A stretch of 64,000 nucleotides of DNA from a virus. Positions 1 through 9,510 of the stretch are shown piece after piece; within the stretch, counting starts at the first letter, position 1; every line of letters begins with the position of its first letter. The notes under the pieces were generated by a model. It had not been told where the DNA came from, did not search any database, and saw nothing but the letters and a program-made list of their open reading frames with translations. A program made the position numbers and the translations under genes. The stretch covers positions 31,726 through 95,725 of IMG/VR virus record IMGVR_UViG_3300006750_000004; one strand, given 5' to 3'.

Positions 1-105
1 CCAGTTACGGCCTTGCATCAGGTTGTTGAGTTTTTCAGCTGTGTTTAGATAGAGACTTTTTGTCTCCATTCCGCATGGTCCGACTATCCATACAATATCC
101 AGCAT
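1..105 (-). CDS. kdsA: KdsA (Kdo-8-phosphate synthase)/class I-beta DAHP synthase-like protein, 5' part only (runs off window)
   Basis: Not in the ORF track. Manual translation gives MLDIVWIVGPCGMETKSLYLNTAEKLNNLMQGRNW; IVGPCGME matches the KdsA/AroA(I-beta) N-terminal IAGPCxxE motif. The start overlaps the upstream stop (TAATG). Only 35 codons are visible. Confidence 0.55.
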   Translation of the reverse strand, partial: MLDIVWIVGPCGMETKSLYLNTAEKLNNLMQGRNW

Positions 106-1865
106 TAAAGACCTTCTTTATCCAGTCTGGATTCGATCAGCTGTAGAACTGCTTTGACTGCTTTGACGTGTTCTGGTTTCGCTTCACCAAATGATATCCT
201 GTTGGTTGTTTTTAGTAGACCTTTTACGTTCAAGGCAATTTGGAGTGCGCGGTGCCATCCAATAGGTCCGAAGACCGCGAATAGTGGGTCTTCGTACCGT
301 TCTACTATTTTGTGGGCGGTGGTGGTGAGACCTTCTTTCATGGCGATGTAGAAGGCTTCTTCGATCTGTGGATAAATATTGCCGATTCCACCGAGGAAAT
401 TTTGGGCTCCGGCGGGTTGAGTAAGCAAGTATCGACGACAACTACCTCCCGCCGGGAAGATGAGAAATTTGTGATCAGCTTGGCGGCTTACTTTATAGGC
501 CATTTCATAGGAGGTGCTCTCCTCCTTCATGCCGATAATATTATCGTGTTTCTTGAGTTTGGCGACAATCTCGGGTGTGAAGTTGTATGTGCCACCGGCT
601 ACCGCGTTCCGCATGAACATGCCGTGAACCATTACTGGCACTTTTAGTTTGTCGGCTGCCCTGAAGAAATAACCACACACATCCTCGTCTGAGTAGTACC
701 TGTCTGGGTACATGAGCATAACAGCGTCGGGTTCCCAACTATTGGCGTGGTCAATCCATCTACTTAATAATTTATCTGGAACCGGGGGTAGCCCGAGAAT
801 CTTTGTACCTTGGAATTGGTTGCACGAGGCGTTGAGTGCCTCTATTTCATGGTTCGTCAACATGTTGAAGCGGGCTGTGCCAGCTGTCACCAAGATGATT
901 TTAGCACCGTTCTTATGTAGGTGTTCCAGATAATTTTCGACGGCTACTTGGTCGAAGTCGCCTTGGCTGTCGAATGCTGGTGGAATTGGGTAGATGACAC
1001 CGCTGGTGAATTTTTCTGGGAACATTTCTCGTTTGATTCTGTCTGATATCGTCCAGGGGTATTGTTCGTGCTCGTAATAGTTGAATAATTCGTCGATTCC
1101 TGGTGGGATTTGTAGTTCGTCGGATTCTAGGACTGCGGGGATGTTGTTGGGTTTGCGGTCGTTGTCTGGTCGGACGCATATTTTGGCGTCGATGAGTTTT
1201 TCGAGTGGTTTTTTATACGTACTAAAATACTTACTGTGCATGTCATACCCGTAGAATTGGGCTTTCATCGCCACTTTCTCGAGGTCCATTATTGAGTAGT
1301 GATGGCGGATTCCGATTTCTTTGGGTACGGGCCGGATGTCTTTTGGTGCACTACCGCGAATGATTTGTGGTCGGTGGATTAGGACCAGGCCCTGTTTTTT
1401 CTTGTGGATTCTGGCCGGTCTGTTCCAGAATTTCTTGGTGCCATCTTTAGCCACCACTACGTTGTAATATCTATAGTAATAATATTCGTGGTGTGAATAA
1501 TTGAGTGTTTGAGTTTTGTCGATGTAAGCTCTTGTACCCTCGATACATTCTGGGGTATAGAATTCATCTGCATCGATGTGCCAAACATAATCACCTGTGG
1601 CTTTGTTATAATAGGCAGCCACCATAGCATCCTTACCGACCCATGTATCTTTAGTGATAAGGATAATTTTATTATCTGGATCTGGGAAGTCCCTGATTAT
1701 CTGTAGGGTCTTATCCCTGGTCTTGGGGAACTTGTCACCTAGTTCTGTCGATCGCCCTTCGACTATAATTATTTCATAGGCGTGGGGGTACAGATTAATA
1801 AGCTGTTGACGTATCAGATATGCCTCATTATAACAAATGAGACAAAATGAAATTCGCATTTTCAT
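105..1865 (-). CDS. Fusion of a GT2-like glycosyltransferase (N-term) and a DHDPS/N-acetylneuraminate lyase-family aldolase (C-term)
   Basis: N-term ISFCLICYNE...HIDADEFY (GT-A DxD). C-term GVIYPIPPAFDSQGDFD, NIIGMKEES (Schiff-base Lys) and GGIGNIYP are typical of the DapA/NAL TIM barrel. Confidence 0.8.
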   Translation of the reverse strand: MKMRISFCLICYNEAYLIRQQLINLYPHAYEIIIVEGRSTELGDKFPKTRDKTLQIIRDFPDPDNKIILITKDTWVGKDAMVAAYYNKATGDYVWHIDADEFYTPECIEGTRAYIDKTQTLNYSHHEYYYYRYYNVVVAKDGTKKFWNRPARIHKKKQGLVLIHRPQIIRGSAPKDIRPVPKEIGIRHHYSIMDLEKVAMKAQFYGYDMHSKYFSTYKKPLEKLIDAKICVRPDNDRKPNNIPAVLESDELQIPPGIDELFNYYEHEQYPWTISDRIKREMFPEKFTSGVIYPIPPAFDSQGDFDQVAVENYLEHLHKNGAKIILVTAGTARFNMLTNHEIEALNASCNQFQGTKILGLPPVPDKLLSRWIDHANSWEPDAVMLMYPDRYYSDEDVCGYFFRAADKLKVPVMVHGMFMRNAVAGGTYNFTPEIVAKLKKHDNIIGMKEESTSYEMAYKVSRQADHKFLIFPAGGSCRRYLLTQPAGAQNFLGGIGNIYPQIEEAFYIAMKEGLTTTAHKIVERYEDPLFAVFGPIGWHRALQIALNVKGLLKTTNRISFGEAKPEHVKAVKAVLQLIESRLDKEGL

Positions 1866-1873
1866 GGCCTATC

Positions 1874-2317
1874 TTAAGTGGACTGACTAGTTGCCCATTT
1901 CCTAAGTAGCCTCATGATGCGGTTTCGTTCACGACGGGCCGCGATATCAGTACAAAAGAGACTAGATTCGGGCATCCATTCATCGTCAGAGTTTGAATAG
2001 AAAAATTCCGCAGTGTCCCGGCTTCGTATAACCTCTACAATAGTAAATGGTTCGACTCGGAATTCTGAGGTCAATAAAGACGTCATAGCCGCAAAGTCCA
2101 TGTGTTGCAATTTGGGCAACTTAGCTTTGCTGTTCCAAAGTCTCTGGTATGGACCGCGTTCATAGAGGACTTTTGGATGATAACTTACCATCCATTTTTG
2201 TTCTTCATCTAAGTCCGGAATGGAGTCTTTGTTGCGAAAGACTACCCACCAGACTGTTTCACCTGTCTTATAGCGAGACAACTCTAGGACCGATGAAATC
2301 CGTTCTTTTCGAACCAT
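1874..2317 (-). CDS. hypothetical protein
   Basis: 147-aa ORF within the co-oriented minus-strand gene run. Confidence 0.6.
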   Translation of the reverse strand: MVRKERISSVLELSRYKTGETVWWVVFRNKDSIPDLDEEQKWMVSYHPKVLYERGPYQRLWNSKAKLPKLQHMDFAAMTSLLTSEFRVEPFTIVEVIRSRDTAEFFYSNSDDEWMPESSLFCTDIAARRERNRIMRLLRKWATSQST

Positions 2318-2345
2318 TTGGAATGGCCTTGTATGAGCAAGGTTA

Positions 2346-2561
2346 TTATCCGAGAATAACCCTGTTGGTCGCCTGGCTGATAATATCTTCTGCGATTTTC
2401 TTGCTGATTCCTGACGCGACCGCAGTCCAAACCCCGGCCTGGTTTATCTCGATCTGATAATTGCCAGAATTTACATTCTGACCAGGCATTGGGATCGCTC
2501 GGACTGCAGCAGTACCAGCTGCTTTGATTTTTTGAATTGCTTCGTTAACATTTACAGCCAT
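2346..2561 (-). CDS. hypothetical protein
   Basis: 71-aa ORF with GGAG RBS upstream. Confidence 0.6.
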   Translation of the reverse strand: MAVNVNEAIQKIKAAGTAAVRAIPMPGQNVNSGNYQIEINQAGVWTAVASGISKKIAEDIISQATNRVILG

Positions 2562-2599
2562 GGGTTACTCCAGGGTCCTGTTCTAGATTAGTTTTGACA

Positions 2600-3430
2600 C
2601 TATTCTATAAGGGCATCGAACGCGTCCAAAGCCATCTGAAACGTCTCCTGTTTTGTGTGGGCGTCTCCATGGCGTCTTCCGAAGGACGGTTCCATTATAT
2701 ACCAGCCATTGTACCCGTTGCCGATGGCGTCTTTTACAGTATAGTCAATCTTGGAGTCCCCAAAACCTGCTGGTTTGAATCCTTTACCTATCTTCAAATC
2801 CCGAACATCGATCGCAGCAACACTGGATTTCAATAATGTCCAATATTTTACGAATGGGTTTTGATTCTTCCTTAGGATAAATTGGGCTGGGTCATAAAGC
2901 AATTTCCAACGTTTGTGTTTGCGGAATTGGTTGGCTAATGCACTAGGTGTATCAAAATATGAATCAAATGTGATTTCGCACACAGGAGTTATATTGGCAG
3001 ATATAGCTTTGGCAGATATCTTGCTCATCCACTCATCAACGAGGGATGTACATTCTTGCTGACATTGTTTACCAATACCAATTCTGACCATTGGGGCCTT
3101 AAAATAGGCTGCCAGATTGAAGATATGATCAATCCGTGATTCACTGATTCGACTCAGGTTATTTGCCGCCTCGTCGCCCAAATCGCTGGCGATCATAATT
3201 ACTGTCATATCCTTGTCGGTTATGATCTTACGTAATTTCTGGCAGGCGGTATCGGCGAGTGTGCCGATATTCCCGGTCCAGATATGTTTTAGAGCTATGT
3301 AGTGAATTCCGAAACCTAGGAGGTTGTCGCAGGAGATGCTAGGGTCTTCTCCGGCTTCCTCAAGATAAGAGGCGACTCGGAGAGTATCACGCACTCTTCC
3401 TGGTTTAGTCGGTATTGTTTGCTTATCCAT
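2600..3430 (-). CDS. Xylose isomerase-like/AP endonuclease 2 TIM barrel (sugar phosphate isomerase/epimerase family), divergent
   Basis: VCEITF...LLYDPAQF...AIDVRD...PAGFGDSKID...GYNGWYIMEP follows the family C-terminal pattern. Confidence 0.6.
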   Translation of the reverse strand: MDKQTIPTKPGRVRDTLRVASYLEEAGEDPSISCDNLLGFGIHYIALKHIWTGNIGTLADTACQKLRKIITDKDMTVIMIASDLGDEAANNLSRISESRIDHIFNLAAYFKAPMVRIGIGKQCQQECTSLVDEWMSKISAKAISANITPVCEITFDSYFDTPSALANQFRKHKRWKLLYDPAQFILRKNQNPFVKYWTLLKSSVAAIDVRDLKIGKGFKPAGFGDSKIDYTVKDAIGNGYNGWYIMEPSFGRRHGDAHTKQETFQMALDAFDALIE

Positions 3431-3535
3431 TCTATCGGGAACACTCCTGGTGTCTCAATGTTTGTGAGGATGTTACCTGCCCAACACCAACTATATACAG
3501 TGAGACTGCAGTCGCGTACGAGATTACCTGGCATC

Positions 3536-4705
3536 TTAATCCAGGAAGCAAACATGGTTGTTTTGTGGACCGGTTCCAACAATTGTGACTGGAATACCAG
3601 CAATATCTTCAACCATATGTATGAAATCCGTCACCTTTTTAGGTAGTGCACCATATTCGTTGGTGCCATAGCACGACCAATCAATATAATTGGCGAAATT
3701 CAGAGCTATTTTGTTAGCTCCGTTGACGAGAGCAGCTTCTTTGAGCTGTTTCTTCGAGAACGTGAATACACGTCGTAATCTCTTGGTAACGGTGGTTAGT
3801 TCGCCTTTCATCACTTCTGGCGGGGCGTTTGCCTCTCGTGCTATGTTCTCCCACGATGTTTCTTCGTGGTCGTCGTAGTGGCCACCAGAGTGTCCAACCG
3901 TCTTACCGTCTTCGATGACATTGCCGACACGGATTGGTGCGGGTCTGATTACTAAATAGACGTCACCCATAGCAGTATGTGGTAAGCCCATGTCCGCCAA
4001 GTTCTGAATGGCGGTAGTACCCCGACTAGTGCATTGTGGGTAATGTGAGCCATGATTAATGTCGAGAGAGAACCCTTGGGCTCCTTCATGTAGGATAGTA
4101 ACCCCGAAACGTTCCATAAGGACCATCAGCGTTTGTGGCAGGCTCATTCCTTGAACGTAATCAGAAATTTCTGGGTCGACATTATCAATCTTCTTGCCTA
4201 TAGCCGATGGCATGTAACCAGATAGGGCATCATAATCTCGAGCAAGTTTAAGTTCCCTCTTACGCATGATTTTATCTGCGAGAAAGGACCCACAACCCTG
4301 CATTGTGCTGGCTAGGTGTTTAGTACCAGTGGTTAGGTTGCCTTCGGCTTCCTTGTGGGCGTCTGTAATAACTCCAGCTCGTTCGTGGATTGTGAGTTGA
4401 TAGCTGGATTCGGTTTCCTGGATCTCTTTATGCATCTGCTCAATGGTGAATGCTGCACTACACCCCACGACGATGTGTGGATCATATTCTTTGATCCACT
4501 TGCGAAGAATAGCTGCAGAGGGAAGAGCTTTTGCTACAAATTCGTCTTTGCCGTTTTCGTGAACGGCGGTATGGCCCGCATTAGCCATATTCGTAGTTGA
4601 GATGATTCCGGGGCGATAACGTGATGCTATGGCGGTACAAATAAGACCTTTGCCGCAACTACCCCAAGATCCGTCAGTTACTACATTAAATCGCCGGTCT
4701 TGCAT
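3536..4705 (-). CDS. purZ: PurZ-type adenylosuccinate synthetase homologue (2-aminoadenylosuccinate synthetase candidate)
   Basis: PurA-family motifs NAGHT, EGAQG, YPQCTSR, ELTTVTKRLRR and VGTGP. The P-loop is WGSCGKG (Ser in place of the PurA catalytic Asp of GDEGKG), and NFANY replaces TKLD. Confidence 0.8.
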   Translation of the reverse strand: MQDRRFNVVTDGSWGSCGKGLICTAIASRYRPGIISTTNMANAGHTAVHENGKDEFVAKALPSAAILRKWIKEYDPHIVVGCSAAFTIEQMHKEIQETESSYQLTIHERAGVITDAHKEAEGNLTTGTKHLASTMQGCGSFLADKIMRKRELKLARDYDALSGYMPSAIGKKIDNVDPEISDYVQGMSLPQTLMVLMERFGVTILHEGAQGFSLDINHGSHYPQCTSRGTTAIQNLADMGLPHTAMGDVYLVIRPAPIRVGNVIEDGKTVGHSGGHYDDHEETSWENIAREANAPPEVMKGELTTVTKRLRRVFTFSKKQLKEAALVNGANKIALNFANYIDWSCYGTNEYGALPKKVTDFIHMVEDIAGIPVTIVGTGPQNNHVCFLD

Positions 4706-4733
4706 TTTCGTCTCCGTAGTTGTGTTGCGTTTT

Positions 4734-4759
4734 CATCACAGCATCTCAATACTGTGATG
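4734..4759. promoter_or_regulatory. Inverted repeat upstream of purZ (operator or RNA hairpin)
   Basis: CATCACAG-N10-CTGTGATG about 30 nt upstream of the purZ start. Confidence 0.35.
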
Positions 4760-4780
4760 ACTCGAAAACTTAACATACAA

Positions 4781-5167
4781 CTATGTGGTGCGGAGAGCTC
4801 TAGATCCTGGAATATCATAGCCATCTTTATCCCAACCATAGACTTGGGCGGCAACATTTACTTCGTCTAGAGTATCGACGGCTGGTTTTAGCAGTTGTTG
4901 TAGTGCATCGGGTAGATTCATTATCCGTATGACTATATCAACAACTTTTCCCTCACTGGAGCGAATAAGTTGCTGCACGGCTACCAAATTCTTCTGTTGC
5001 AACAATCTTTTTATACGTTGAGCCAGCAAGACTGCCCGAAGTTCGGTCGCCTTTTGTTCTAGATCACCTTGTAAGGCATTCCTTTGCGTCTCAAGCCAAT
5101 CATCGTGTCGTGCGAGTAAGTCGGCATCCTCGCCCAACTCATTGATCTGAGTCAGCAAGTGATTCAT
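4781..5167 (-). CDS. hypothetical protein (coiled-coil rich)
   Basis: 128-aa ORF in operon. Confidence 0.55.
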   Translation of the reverse strand: MNHLLTQINELGEDADLLARHDDWLETQRNALQGDLEQKATELRAVLLAQRIKRLLQQKNLVAVQQLIRSSEGKVVDIVIRIMNLPDALQQLLKPAVDTLDEVNVAAQVYGWDKDGYDIPGSRALRTT

Positions 5168-5507
5168 CGATTTTCCTTACCCAATCTTCTGGTACCCATA
5201 GCCTCTTCCCCAGAATTTCGAGATGATAATGTTTGTGTTTACGGCCACAAATGAGGGCAATTTCATTGTGCCAAGGATGTTCTTCATTTACCAGGAGAAC
5301 AATTTCTCCTTCTTCCAATACTGGGAGAATGATTGAGAGATTAACTGATCCAGTCTCCTGGATCGTAACGGCGTTTTCTGAAGTCAGTACGAAGGGTTTG
5401 TTGCAATGGTAACAATGGTAGGGACCGGCAAGATCAGTCCTAATAAATTCCCAACCTATGTTTCCACCGCAATGTGGGCAGGCAATATATTTATTGTGTG
5501 GTATCAT
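5139..5507 (-). CDS. zinc-ribbon hypothetical protein
   Basis: CPHC...CYHC pair. Confidence 0.6.
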   Translation of the reverse strand: MIPHNKYIACPHCGGNIGWEFIRTDLAGPYHCYHCNKPFVLTSENAVTIQETGSVNLSIILPVLEEGEIVLLVNEEHPWHNEIALICGRKHKHYHLEILGKRLWVPEDWVRKIDESLADSDQ

Positions 5508-6207
5508 TTTCGTTCCCCAGCAATCGCCTTAATTCTTCAGGCTGTTGTTGGAGTTCTTTCACCACATTTTTGGCCTGCAGAAGATTTACAGCGAAGCGGG
5601 CCGCGTCATTGCAAGACGTAATAGTCCTGACGTTATTTATATTGCCACTTAGTTTTATTGGCACCTTAACAATGCTACGGATTGTTTCCATAATTTTATT
5701 ATGGATATCAGGATTGGCCTTACTAACCTGAAGTTTCAGTTGAATATCAGTCCTGACATAAGCTGGCGTCCTGACATCCAACAATGCTTCACACAACGCT
5801 TTAATATTATCATCATCACGGCCATTAACTCCTAGCACAAAACGGACTTCTAAGGATTCGGCGAGATGAGTCTTGATGAATTCTGTGAGTGCTTTAGCTT
5901 CGTTGCGGGAATCTATTTTATTCTTTCCGCCAGTCAGTAAGATTTCGAAGCCATCTGCATCTAGGGCATCTGTGGATAGCCCACGCAGTTTGTTCTGACC
6001 GAAAATTTCCCCTTTAGGCCAATCAATAGGTGTGATTAAAAAATATCGTCCACCCGCCCTACCGCGATAGATCTGGGCTTCGGATGCTAGATCTGGGTGC
6101 ACCACTAGTGCTGGTATTTTGTGTTTTGCGGCAAGTTCTGACGCTTCTGCAAGTTCGTTGGCTTGCATGACGTCGATTTCAAGTCGATTGAGGATTGCTC
6201 CGCCCAT
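5491..6207 (-). CDS. DeoC (deoxyribose-phosphate aldolase)-like TIM barrel, degenerate
   Basis: ALVVHP, TPIDWPKG (cf. TVIGFPLG), YVRTD (cf. FIKTST) and IKLSGN (cf. VKASGG). Start re-assigned to the ATG at 6207 to reduce overlap. Confidence 0.5.
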   Translation of the reverse strand: MGGAILNRLEIDVMQANELAEASELAAKHKIPALVVHPDLASEAQIYRGRAGGRYFLITPIDWPKGEIFGQNKLRGLSTDALDADGFEILLTGGKNKIDSRNEAKALTEFIKTHLAESLEVRFVLGVNGRDDDNIKALCEALLDVRTPAYVRTDIQLKLQVSKANPDIHNKIMETIRSIVKVPIKLSGNINNVRTITSCNDAARFAVNLLQAKNVVKELQQQPEELRRLLGNENDTTQ

Positions 6208-6613
6208 ATTTAGTATCCAAGTAATCAAGAGTAAATTGAACGGCTTTATCCTCGTCCCTAAATCGGGAAACAATTGGCCGATTCTGGACTTCTGGTAAGA
6301 AATAGAATGTTTTCTTCTCCCCCATGGTGTCTTGTTCTGTAAGCAAGACGATCTTGACACCAAAAGCTCTGGCTAAACCCAGTTCACAATGTGAACCTTT
6401 ACGAGCCGGGAACACCATAAAGAATACATCGGCGTTCTTAACACCAGTTTCTTCTGCGAGTCCATACTCTGCCAATTCTTCATCGCTATATACTTGTCCG
6501 TGTGTGGTCCAATCATAAGTTATCTCACATCCAGCTTTTTTGAACCTGGCTTGGAGTTCGTTTGCTCTTTTAGCATTTTGTAGGCTTGTGCCTATATAGA
6601 TTCTACCACGCAT
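6179..6613 (-). CDS. Nucleoside 2-deoxyribosyltransferase/Rcl-MilB-like nucleotide N-glycosidase
   Basis: IYIGTSL...ADVFFMV...GSHCELGLA matches the NDT-family IYLAG...D...G(T/S)xxE(L/I)G pattern. Confidence 0.7.
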   Translation of the reverse strand: MRGRIYIGTSLQNAKRANELQARFKKAGCEITYDWTTHGQVYSDEELAEYGLAEETGVKNADVFFMVFPARKGSHCELGLARAFGVKIVLLTEQDTMGEKKTFYFLPEVQNRPIVSRFRDEDKAVQFTLDYLDTKYGRSNPQST

Positions 6614-6675
6614 TTTGCTTTAATACAACGATTGAGAACGGAACGGCTAATATATTTTAGTTATCGCTATTATGA

Positions 6676-7308
6676 TTAAGCCTTCAAGTATTCATAGCCT
6701 GGCCAATCACGCACATCTTGTAATAAGATCTTTATTTTATTGTGCTCAATAGTCTCTCTAGTATATCCAACATTCCAATCAGGACCGATTTCGGGATCTG
6801 GATAAAGATTTAGGCCATCAATATCGACTTCAAGCATAGAACAATTCCCGCACATACAAGGATGGTGTGGACTACCCACAGCACTAGGCATATGAGGATC
6901 TATAAAGTGACCGAGAAGATTATTAACAGCTTGTTTATCTAAAAACAAATAAATGCGGCCTTTTTCATTGGGTCTCAGACCTTTGGTTTTGATAGATGAT
7001 AAATTTTCGGTTGGTGTGATATGGAATGCAAAACCGGTTGTTTGGAATGATTTAGTATCAGTAATCACAATTCGTAATGAATAATACTTCTTGGGTCCGC
7101 CAGAATGATATGGATTTGTTAACTCTTCCGATCCGATTAAATCCCAACCAATTTTGGTTAATTCTTGGCCCAATGCCTTCGTAGGGGGCGACTCAGAATT
7201 AACCCATATGTGGTCATCAAATGAACCCTTGATAAGAACTTTACCAAGATGTCTCTTGATAATTTCTAAAGCATCATTCTTAGATTCACAAATACTTCGT
7301 AGTTTCAT
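6676..7308 (-). CDS. ADP-ribosyltransferase-fold (Tpt1/KptA/DarT-like) protein with MKLxxIxE leader
   Basis: FHITPTENLSSIKTKGL...IYLF...LEVD...YTRETI follows the HxT-x6-I-x3-GL ART pattern; N-term MKLRSICE. Confidence 0.6.
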   Translation of the reverse strand: MKLRSICESKNDALEIIKRHLGKVLIKGSFDDHIWVNSESPPTKALGQELTKIGWDLIGSEELTNPYHSGGPKKYYSLRIVITDTKSFQTTGFAFHITPTENLSSIKTKGLRPNEKGRIYLFLDKQAVNNLLGHFIDPHMPSAVGSPHHPCMCGNCSMLEVDIDGLNLYPDPEIGPDWNVGYTRETIEHNKIKILLQDVRDWPGYEYLKA

Positions 7309-7311
7309 ATT

Positions 7312-8271
7312 TTACAGCTTCGCTGCATGTTCCAAGATTGCGTCAACGTTTTTATGGCTCATTTTACCAAACTCGTTGACAAATCCCCAAGGATTATACT
7401 CTGTACAGAAAGTAAATTTTGCACGTTCATCTGGGGATAAGATCTTGGCGGCTGTGTCGTAGTGTTCTGCTTCTTTCTGGAACCTGTCCGCTCGGTTCTT
7501 TGGTTCTACATCGGGATTATCACCGTAGAAGTGTAGTTTCCCGTCTAGACCGTCTGGGTTCATATCACATCCGAAAATATAGATGTGTTCATATCCCATC
7601 CAGAGAGCAATTTGCATCGAAGCATAGACTGAGGACCGTCCGATATGCAATCCTTTGGACATATCGCGACTGAAGCCGTTGCCGCCCAAATTCTTGAACT
7701 GCATGGACTTCTCTTTTTGCTTTTTAATGGCTGTGCTATTAAAAACAAAGCCATTAAAATTTGTCCATAGGTCCTCATGTCTCCGCATTTGAGACCCGTC
7801 AAAGAATGACCAATGTGATGTTGGCCAAAGTCTTGCGTCTGGTTTGTTGATCGACAGAGTGTCGACGTTGGGAATATTGCGGAGTTTCTCGAGTGGTGTT
7901 TCGTTTAGAGATGGCCCATTGCCGACGATGATTAGGATTTTTCCTTTACCAATATTCCTGATCGAGTTGACTTTGGCAATAGATTGGGGGGATACACCTC
8001 TAGAGACGTATCGAACTTTGGTCGCTCGCCTGATACCACGGCGGTTTTTGTGGACTACCGCTCCTGATGGTGGTATTTGTTGTTGTGGTGGCTGTGCTTG
8101 TTGTTTAGCACTTTGCGACCGGATGCGGACTTGCTTCAGTTGCTTTGGTTCAGCAACTTTGGGCTTGCCAACACTTTTGACTACTACTTTGACGGTCGGG
8201 GGGACCCGAACGATGGCCCTTTTACGGACTAGTTGTGGTTTTAGTCGAGATGTTACAACTTGTTTTACCAC
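7312..8271 (-). CDS. DUF115/Maf-sialyltransferase-like domain protein with basic N-terminal extension
   Basis: ILIIVGNGPSL...LSINK...SSVYASMQIALWMGYEHIYIFGCD...HFY. Confidence 0.65.
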   Translation of the reverse strand: MVKQVVTSRLKPQLVRKRAIVRVPPTVKVVVKSVGKPKVAEPKQLKQVRIRSQSAKQQAQPPQQQIPPSGAVVHKNRRGIRRATKVRYVSRGVSPQSIAKVNSIRNIGKGKILIIVGNGPSLNETPLEKLRNIPNVDTLSINKPDARLWPTSHWSFFDGSQMRRHEDLWTNFNGFVFNSTAIKKQKEKSMQFKNLGGNGFSRDMSKGLHIGRSSVYASMQIALWMGYEHIYIFGCDMNPDGLDGKLHFYGDNPDVEPKNRADRFQKEAEHYDTAAKILSPDERAKFTFCTEYNPWGFVNEFGKMSHKNVDAILEHAAKL

Positions 8272-8488
8272 GGCTTGTCTGCAATAATTGTTGCAGAAGC
8301 GTTGGGAGGTAAGCCGCCAGTCGGCTTGGCTCTCCTAACTTCATGAAACATGTTATTGTAGATTCGCCTTCAGTGGCTGTGTCTGGGTCTAAGAGCAAGA
8401 CGAGTGCCTCTTGATGCTCTCCCAGAAGTGCTCGAACTGATTCTGATGGCTGGTTAGCCTGTCCCTCCGTGGGTTTTTGATCTTTCAT
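8222..8488 (-). CDS. hypothetical protein
   Basis: 88-aa ORF. Confidence 0.4.
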   Translation of the reverse strand: MKDQKPTEGQANQPSESVRALLGEHQEALVLLLDPDTATEGESTITCFMKLGEPSRLAAYLPTLLQQLLQTSRGKTSCNISTKTTTSP

Positions 8489-8644
8489 TGGAGGAACCCT
8501 CTAGTGTTATCATTGATCTCTTCTCCTACATCTATAATACGTTTGCTAGTATTCCCACCAACATGTCATATTAGAGGGTTGGTGTCCGTGAGAGGTTCTG
8601 ATGTCATAGACAAAGCATACTCTATAGATCTTGACAGAAAGATT

Positions 8645-9427
8645 TCAACGTGTTCTAATTGGGCGTCGTGTCGGCGTACGTAGAGACCTTTGCGAATCGG
8701 GGAGAGTGCCCGCTTGGGCAGCTTCAAGCAATCTTGCTTGCCCCTGTTTTCTATTAGACCGCCGATTCATAATTGAATACATACAGCGGTGAATTGTCGT
8801 GGTGAGAAGGTTAAAAACGGGTGCTTTGCCCGGAATATACACAAGCTTTCCTTTAACAAGCTTGTTGGTAACTTGCAAAAGGGCCTCGTTGGCAAGATCC
8901 AACCGCTCTTCATCTGTAGGTTGCTTAAACTTCATTGCGATCCCTTGGCACATTTTATCGATGTCTCTCAACATCGCATGCCAGGACACCTCTTCTGGAA
9001 CCTCTCGCACGTACCCGTTCACTTCGATATGTGGGAGTGTCACATGTTGATTCAACGGGTTCTCCAAATTATGCACCCACGAATCCGAAAGGAGATGCAA
9101 CTCACTGACCAGGGATTCTATTTCGATCGGTTTATGATGACCATCAATGAACACAGTCCCCGAAGATTGCGGAACACCACTATAACTGCTCAAGTATACT
9201 GGATGCCCCAAAGCAATGCAATGGGCTCTTGTCGGATACGACGGGTCCAAAAGCGGTATCCCACGACGACAAATCTCTGTGTCGTCATCCCGTCTAACGG
9301 TGCCAATCACCTTTGTCCACAGCACCCCCGCCTTCCGGAAAGCCTCCAGTGTTGGTACGGACGAAGACAGCAACCAGTTAAACCAGTTCTGTTCCAAAAT
9401 CTTGGTGTCGCAATATTGACTCATCAT
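8645..9427 (-). CDS. T4 gp55-like (late sigma factor) protein
   Basis: C-term CQGIAMKF...DLANEALLQV...YIPGKAPVFNLLTTTIHRCMYSIMNR resembles the gp55/sigma region 2 pattern (D.I.DG...FDP.K..FAYFT.I...AF). Confidence 0.45.
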   Translation of the reverse strand: MMSQYCDTKILEQNWFNWLLSSSVPTLEAFRKAGVLWTKVIGTVRRDDDTEICRRGIPLLDPSYPTRAHCIALGHPVYLSSYSGVPQSSGTVFIDGHHKPIEIESLVSELHLLSDSWVHNLENPLNQHVTLPHIEVNGYVREVPEEVSWHAMLRDIDKMCQGIAMKFKQPTDEERLDLANEALLQVTNKLVKGKLVYIPGKAPVFNLLTTTIHRCMYSIMNRRSNRKQGQARLLEAAQAGTLPDSQRSLRTPTRRPIRTR

Positions 9428-9510
9428 ATCCCTTTTGTAACAAGATTACCGGATGGTTCTCCCCACAATACGGATCTATCAGTGGGGCGTTCCAATAACT
9501 ATCATGACAA

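Noticed and set aside
3536-4705. Ordinary purA
   Set aside because: It lacks the catalytic Asp of GDEGKG and the TKLD GTP-binding motif.
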